DNA of 64,000 nt from an uncultured delta proteobacterium (GTDB lineage Bacteria > Myxococcota_A > Polyangia > Polyangiales > Polyangiaceae), in NCBI GenBank assembly GCA_963850305.1, contig CAWKKR010000008.1, forward strand, positions 1,792,001 through 1,856,000, read 5' to 3'. The stretch's first letter is position 1, and each line of letters starts with the position of its first letter. Made by a program: the position numbers and the translations under genes. Positions 59,734 to 64,000 of this stretch are shown in pieces. Below the pieces are notes generated by a model. It worked only from the letters and a program-made list of their open reading frames with translations. It was not told the origin of the DNA and ran no database searches.

Positions 59734-60495
59734 ATGATCCGGCATCCCTCGCCAGAGTTCACATCGAAGTTTGCGGAGTCGCTTCCGAAAAGCTACGCCG
59801 CGAAATACGATGCCGACGCCATCGTCGCACACGCGGGCGTCGCGGCGTCTCGCGGTGATGCGGCCGTCGCCGTTGGCGCCTTCGGTCGGGCAGGGAATGG
59901 CCTGTGCGTCGTCGCCGACGATCGTCCGGGGTTGCTTGCGCTGATCAGCGCCTCGCTCGTCCTCTGTAGGTTCGACGTGAGTCACGCGGAGGTCTACACG
60001 CGCGACGTCTCGGCGAAGAACAGCGAAGCCGTCGATCTGTTCTGGGTTCGCAAACTCGACGCGGCACCCGGTGCTCGCCTCGTCGTCGCGGATGCCGAAC
60101 GGCTCGAACGGAAGCTCCGCGAACTTCTCGCCACCGACAAGGCCCCTGACGGCGCCGTCGAGCGGGAGCTCGCCGAACGCGCGTCCGCGGGAACATCGAA
60201 GCCCATCGACGCGACCGTGCGATTCGTGGCGGATCACGCCGGCGGACTGGCAACCCTGGAAGTGGAGACGACGGACCGCTCGGGACTTCTCTTTTCGCTC
60301 GCGAGCGCGCTCTTCGGCCAGAAGGTGCAGATCGTCGAATCCGAGGTGCGCACGGTCGATGAGCGGGTGTTCGATCGATTTCGGCTGGTCGAGTTCGACG
60401 GTGCGCCCATCAGCAGCGCGCGCCGTCTGGAGATCCAGGTCGCGGTCCTGAACGCGATCGAACCCGCGCGCCGAACGCGACCGCCGAGCGCCTGA
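59734..60495 (+). CDS. Stand-alone GlnD-C-terminus-like tandem ACT protein
   Basis: SLPKSY...IVAH, VVADDRPGLL, VDLFWV, LEVETTDRSGLL, VFDRF. Confidence 0.8.
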   Translation: MIRHPSPEFTSKFAESLPKSYAAKYDADAIVAHAGVAASRGDAAVAVGAFGRAGNGLCVVADDRPGLLALISASLVLCRFDVSHAEVYTRDVSAKNSEAVDLFWVRKLDAAPGARLVVADAERLERKLRELLATDKAPDGAVERELAERASAGTSKPIDATVRFVADHAGGLATLEVETTDRSGLLFSLASALFGQKVQIVESEVRTVDERVFDRFRLVEFDGAPISSARRLEIQVAVLNAIEPARRTRPPSA

Positions 60496-60497
60496 GA

Positions 60498-62672
60498 TCA
60501 CCAGGGATCGCCGGGGTTCGGTGGGATGGCGCTCGCAGTGCGCGCGGAAAGGTGCGTACGCGCTTCCGCGACTCGCGCGGGCGGCGCCATCCCAGGCATG
60601 CGACCCGCTACGTCGAGCGCCTCGCTGTCGAGACGTGCCGCGACCAGCGCATCGAAGTAGACCGCGCGCACCTCCGCGTTCTCCGGAAAGGCTCGGTACG
60701 CCGGGCGGAGCTCGCGTGCAGCCCGCAGATAGGCGCCGAGTTCCAGAAACGCGCGCGCTCGATCGAGCGATGCGGTGGGTTCGGCCGTCCTAGCCGCGGC
60801 TTCCCGCAGCCGTTCGGTCCGCGCGAGCCCCTCTGCCAGCCCTCCCGCGGCGGCCCGGACGCTGGCGGACGGGGTTTCCTCGATGGCCATGGAGAGTTGC
60901 TTCCGCGCTCGGGCGTAGTCCCCCGCGCGTCCCAGAGCCAGAGCCAGATTATACCGCGCCCCGGCGTCGAGACCGATGTCGCGATCAGTGCGCGCCGCGA
61001 GAACCTCCACGGCCCTGTCGTCCCCGAGCCGGGACGCGACGAAGGCACCGGACGCGGCAAGGTGACTGGACGCGTTCGCGACGTGCACCTCAGCGTATTC
61101 GTCCGGCGGCATCCGCAGAACGAGATCCGCCGCGCGCCCTCCGTCCTCCCGGATTTCTCCGACCGCGAGAGCCGAGACCTCGCGCAGCAACGCTCCGAGG
61201 GCCTTCGTGTTTCCATCCGCCAGCCGAGGCCCGTCGAGCTCTAGCATCCCGAGGTAGCAGCGGGTCGGGTTCGCGAGGAGTCGGTACTCTACTGCCCGGG
61301 GGGCGAGCGCGCGACGAAGGAGCCCGAACGCGCCGTCGATGTCGCCCCCGTTCGCGCGCGCTTCGGCGAGCCCGGCGAGAGCTTGCGGATTCTCCGGGTT
61401 CACCTCGAGCTCATGACGCCAGATGGTTTCGTTCGAGAAATAGTCGAGACTCCGAACCCAGTTCACGGCCGAGTAAACCAGCGTCACCGCGACCACCACG
61501 ATCGCCGCAAGGGGCCGTTCGCTCCATCGGGCGAGCGCCGGCGCCGCGCCCCGTCCCAGCGCCGCGACGAGTGGCACCAGGGGCAAATACAAGAATCGAT
61601 CCGCGGTCGTTCCGGGAAAGCCCGTGTACGACACATTGATGATCGGGAGAAACAGGACCGCGGTCACCATGAGCATCGCCGCGAGCGCCCGGTCGCGGCG
61701 AAGCGCCCTGATGAGAGCGCCGGCGAACGCACCCGCCGCGATCGCACCAAGGACCACCGACGGCACGAAGAGCACGGGGCGCCCGTTCACGATCGGCACC
61801 GGTCGGAAGTGAAACGTCTGCGGCCAGGGCACGACGAGTCGCTCGACGTAGTAGCCGAGCGAGAGCAGCGAGTATCCGACGTTCAGGGGGAAGTGCAGGG
61901 CCATCGACTCGATCTCCGGCGGTCGGATCGGGAACGTCGTCGCGCGGATCGCGAGATAAGCAACGCCGAGGACGAGCGAGGCCGCGAACGCCGTCGCAAG
62001 TCGTTTCCGTTCGGGTCCGCTCTCCGGCAGGAGCACCCACTCGACCGCGAGAAAGAGCGGCCAGGCAACGGCGAACTCCTTCGACAGGATTGCCGCGATG
62101 TACAGGCTGAACGATGCGCTCCACCGCGCCCAGGAACCTCGCGTCCTTGCCGCCGATACGGCGAGCTCGTGGGCGGCGAAGAAGAATGCCGCCATCAGCA
62201 GATCCGTCCGCCCGGAGATCCACTCGACGTTTTCGGAGCGCGTTGGATGTACCGCGAAGACGAGCGCCGCCAGCAGTGCCGCGAAGCTGGAGCCCGTCCA
62301 GCGCAGCGCGAGGAGCGCCACCAGCGCGCAAGTCGCCGCGTGAAGAGCGACGTTCACGGCGTGAAACGAGAGCGCAGACCCCCCGCCGAACGTGTAGTTG
62401 GCGATGTAACTCGTGCAGACGAGCGGGCGATAGAACTTGGTCGATGAAGCCGCGTCCGGGCGTTCCGGCGTGTCCCACAGATCCGTCGTGAAGCAGCGCG
62501 GGATGTAGCGGAGTTCGTGCGCGTAAGGGTTCCGTACGATGAGTGGATCGTCATCGAAGACGAATCCTCCCGCGAGGCTCGGTAGAAACGCAATGAGGGC
62601 CGCGATCGTCGCGAGCCAGACGACGTGGCGTGCCTGCAGACGCTGCACGAGCCCGGCGCGCTCAGCCGTCAT
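60498..62672 (-). CDS. TMTC-like GT-C membrane protein with C-terminal TPR (putative protein O-mannosyltransferase)
   Basis: FVFDD, YRPL, FHAVNVALH, FAVHP..SENVEWISGR, SKE, DRFLYLP. Confidence 0.82.
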   Translation of the reverse strand: MTAERAGLVQRLQARHVVWLATIAALIAFLPSLAGGFVFDDDPLIVRNPYAHELRYIPRCFTTDLWDTPERPDAASSTKFYRPLVCTSYIANYTFGGGSALSFHAVNVALHAATCALVALLALRWTGSSFAALLAALVFAVHPTRSENVEWISGRTDLLMAAFFFAAHELAVSAARTRGSWARWSASFSLYIAAILSKEFAVAWPLFLAVEWVLLPESGPERKRLATAFAASLVLGVAYLAIRATTFPIRPPEIESMALHFPLNVGYSLLSLGYYVERLVVPWPQTFHFRPVPIVNGRPVLFVPSVVLGAIAAGAFAGALIRALRRDRALAAMLMVTAVLFLPIINVSYTGFPGTTADRFLYLPLVPLVAALGRGAAPALARWSERPLAAIVVVAVTLVYSAVNWVRSLDYFSNETIWRHELEVNPENPQALAGLAEARANGGDIDGAFGLLRRALAPRAVEYRLLANPTRCYLGMLELDGPRLADGNTKALGALLREVSALAVGEIREDGGRAADLVLRMPPDEYAEVHVANASSHLAASGAFVASRLGDDRAVEVLAARTDRDIGLDAGARYNLALALGRAGDYARARKQLSMAIEETPSASVRAAAGGLAEGLARTERLREAAARTAEPTASLDRARAFLELGAYLRAARELRPAYRAFPENAEVRAVYFDALVAARLDSEALDVAGRMPGMAPPARVAEARTHLSARTASAIPPNPGDPW

Positions 62673-63696
62673 GCGCCAGGAGTCGTCCGAGCCACCCCTC
62701 GAACGCGTCCGACGCAAACAGGTCGCGCAGGATCGCGCTCGCCTGCCGGACCGCCGCGTCGCGCACGTGCTCCACGATACCCATCTCGTCGAGGACGGCA
62801 CGCAGTGTTCGATCGCCCTCGATCGCGAGGAACGCGGCGATTTCTTGCTCGACGAGCTCGGCCACGAATTTCCTTCGCGCTCCGTGCGCGAGGATATCGG
62901 GCACCCCCCGGAAGATCTCGGCCATGGGTAGCGCCGCGACGTCGACGTGCAGCTCCGCGAGCTTCGTCATCAGGACGTGATCCACGATCTGGCGCGAGAT
63001 CTGTCCGACGATCTCGCGGCCCTCGCGACTCTTCAGCCGATCCGCGAGGGCTTCGCGAAATACCTCCGCTGCGCCGTCGCTGAAGTCGCGGGCAGCGGTG
63101 TGAAGCCGCTTCTCCACCTCCGCGCCGATTCCGCCCATCGCGCTGCGTCCGGCGTCGACGATTTTCTCGGCGCGCTCCTGCACGCTCCTGCCAATTCGCT
63201 CGGCGATCCCACCGACGCCTCGCCCGACTGCGCTCGATGCCGCGACGGCGGCGCCCGTGGCCGTGCCCATGCCCGGCAGGGGCAGCCGCTTCGCGAAGCT
63301 CACGAGAAGGTTTGCCCAGACCGGCGCGAAAAGCTTCCGGATCAGCGCCGGGTCGACCATGCCGTCCGCCCATTTCGCGCGCGGGAGCCGGCTCTTGTCG
63401 ACGATCGCACGGATGGCGTCCGCGTCCGGTACGAGCCCGCCGACCGTCTCTTCCGACTTTGCGACATGAGCGGCATACCGCTCGAAGCCCGGCGCGACGT
63501 GGCGTTCGACGACACGTGCGACGTTTGGTGCGGTGAGGGCCTGCACGACGATCTCGCGCACTCGGTCGACGTCCACGAGCCGACCGAGCTTCTCATCGAG
63601 AACGTGATCGACGGCGAGCGCGACGCCCTCTTCGCGAAGCGGGCTCTCCGCCGAAGAGAGGATCCGAACGATGCGGTCTTTCGTGGAATCGGTCAT
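62662..63696 (-). CDS. Hypothetical alpha-helical protein
   Basis: Long ORF with genome-typical codon usage, overlapping the downstream gene start. Confidence 0.7.
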   Translation of the reverse strand: MTDSTKDRIVRILSSAESPLREEGVALAVDHVLDEKLGRLVDVDRVREIVVQALTAPNVARVVERHVAPGFERYAAHVAKSEETVGGLVPDADAIRAIVDKSRLPRAKWADGMVDPALIRKLFAPVWANLLVSFAKRLPLPGMGTATGAAVAASSAVGRGVGGIAERIGRSVQERAEKIVDAGRSAMGGIGAEVEKRLHTAARDFSDGAAEVFREALADRLKSREGREIVGQISRQIVDHVLMTKLAELHVDVAALPMAEIFRGVPDILAHGARRKFVAELVEQEIAAFLAIEGDRTLRAVLDEMGIVEHVRDAAVRQASAILRDLFASDAFEGWLGRLLAHDG

Positions 63697-63777
63697 TCGT
63701 GGGTTCTCGCGCGCAAGCGTCCGACGGGGAGCGCTCCCCCACCTTTTACGAGCTATTGCGACGCGAAACCAGGGCGA

Positions 63778-64000
63778 TCAGAAGCCGATGGATTTCACTT
63801 CACGCGCGGAGTCGCACAGCGGGCCGCCGCTCGCGCATGTCGCTTCCATTTGCACCCTCGCCGCGCGCATCTGATCTTCCGCATGGACGATATCGTCTTC
63901 GTTTCTCGCGTCACGAATCGCCTTCACCGCGTCGGCGAGCGCGTTCACGGATTTCAGCACGTTCAGCTCCGCGGCCGTGCGAGCGTTCTCGGTGCCGCCC
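63778..64000 (-). CDS. 3' end of an unidentified gene, truncated by the window edge
   Basis: Open frame ...VLKSVNALADAV...REVKSIGF*. Confidence 0.55.
   Translation of the reverse strand, partial: GGTENARTAAELNVLKSVNALADAVKAIRDARNEDDIVHAEDQMRAARVQMEATCASGGPLCDSAREVKSIGF

Overview
GC-rich bacterial chromosome window, most consistent with a myxobacterium (Myxococcota, probably Polyangiales). The support is CdnL/CarD, Cys-rich and DUF4215-type lipoproteins, a myxosortase-like CPBP protease, and DUF4175 and HEAT proteins. It is mostly housekeeping and envelope genes: hslO, glyS, a Ski2-like helicase, hemL, rmlC, birA, nadC, etfBA with ETF-QO, psd, prfA, rpmE, IHF/HU, cdnL, pduO and def, plus three GT-C-fold membrane glycosyltransferases, a DUF362/polyferredoxin pair and several signalling proteins. 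I found no rRNA, tRNA, CRISPR array, integrase or transposase. Main non-routine observations: (1) a ~70-bp palindromic repeat family at two loci, combined at rpmE-prfA with GTAG-ended REP/REPIN-like modules in a higher-order mosaic; (2) at least nine +1 frameshifts, four of them exactly GATC->GATTC, which suggests motif-specific sequencing errors and possibly GATC methylation rather than pseudogenes; (3) a helically phased TTCGA array in a divergent promoter region; (4) two stand-alone GlnD-tail ACT-ACT proteins. All family assignments come from motif recognition by eye, not database searches.
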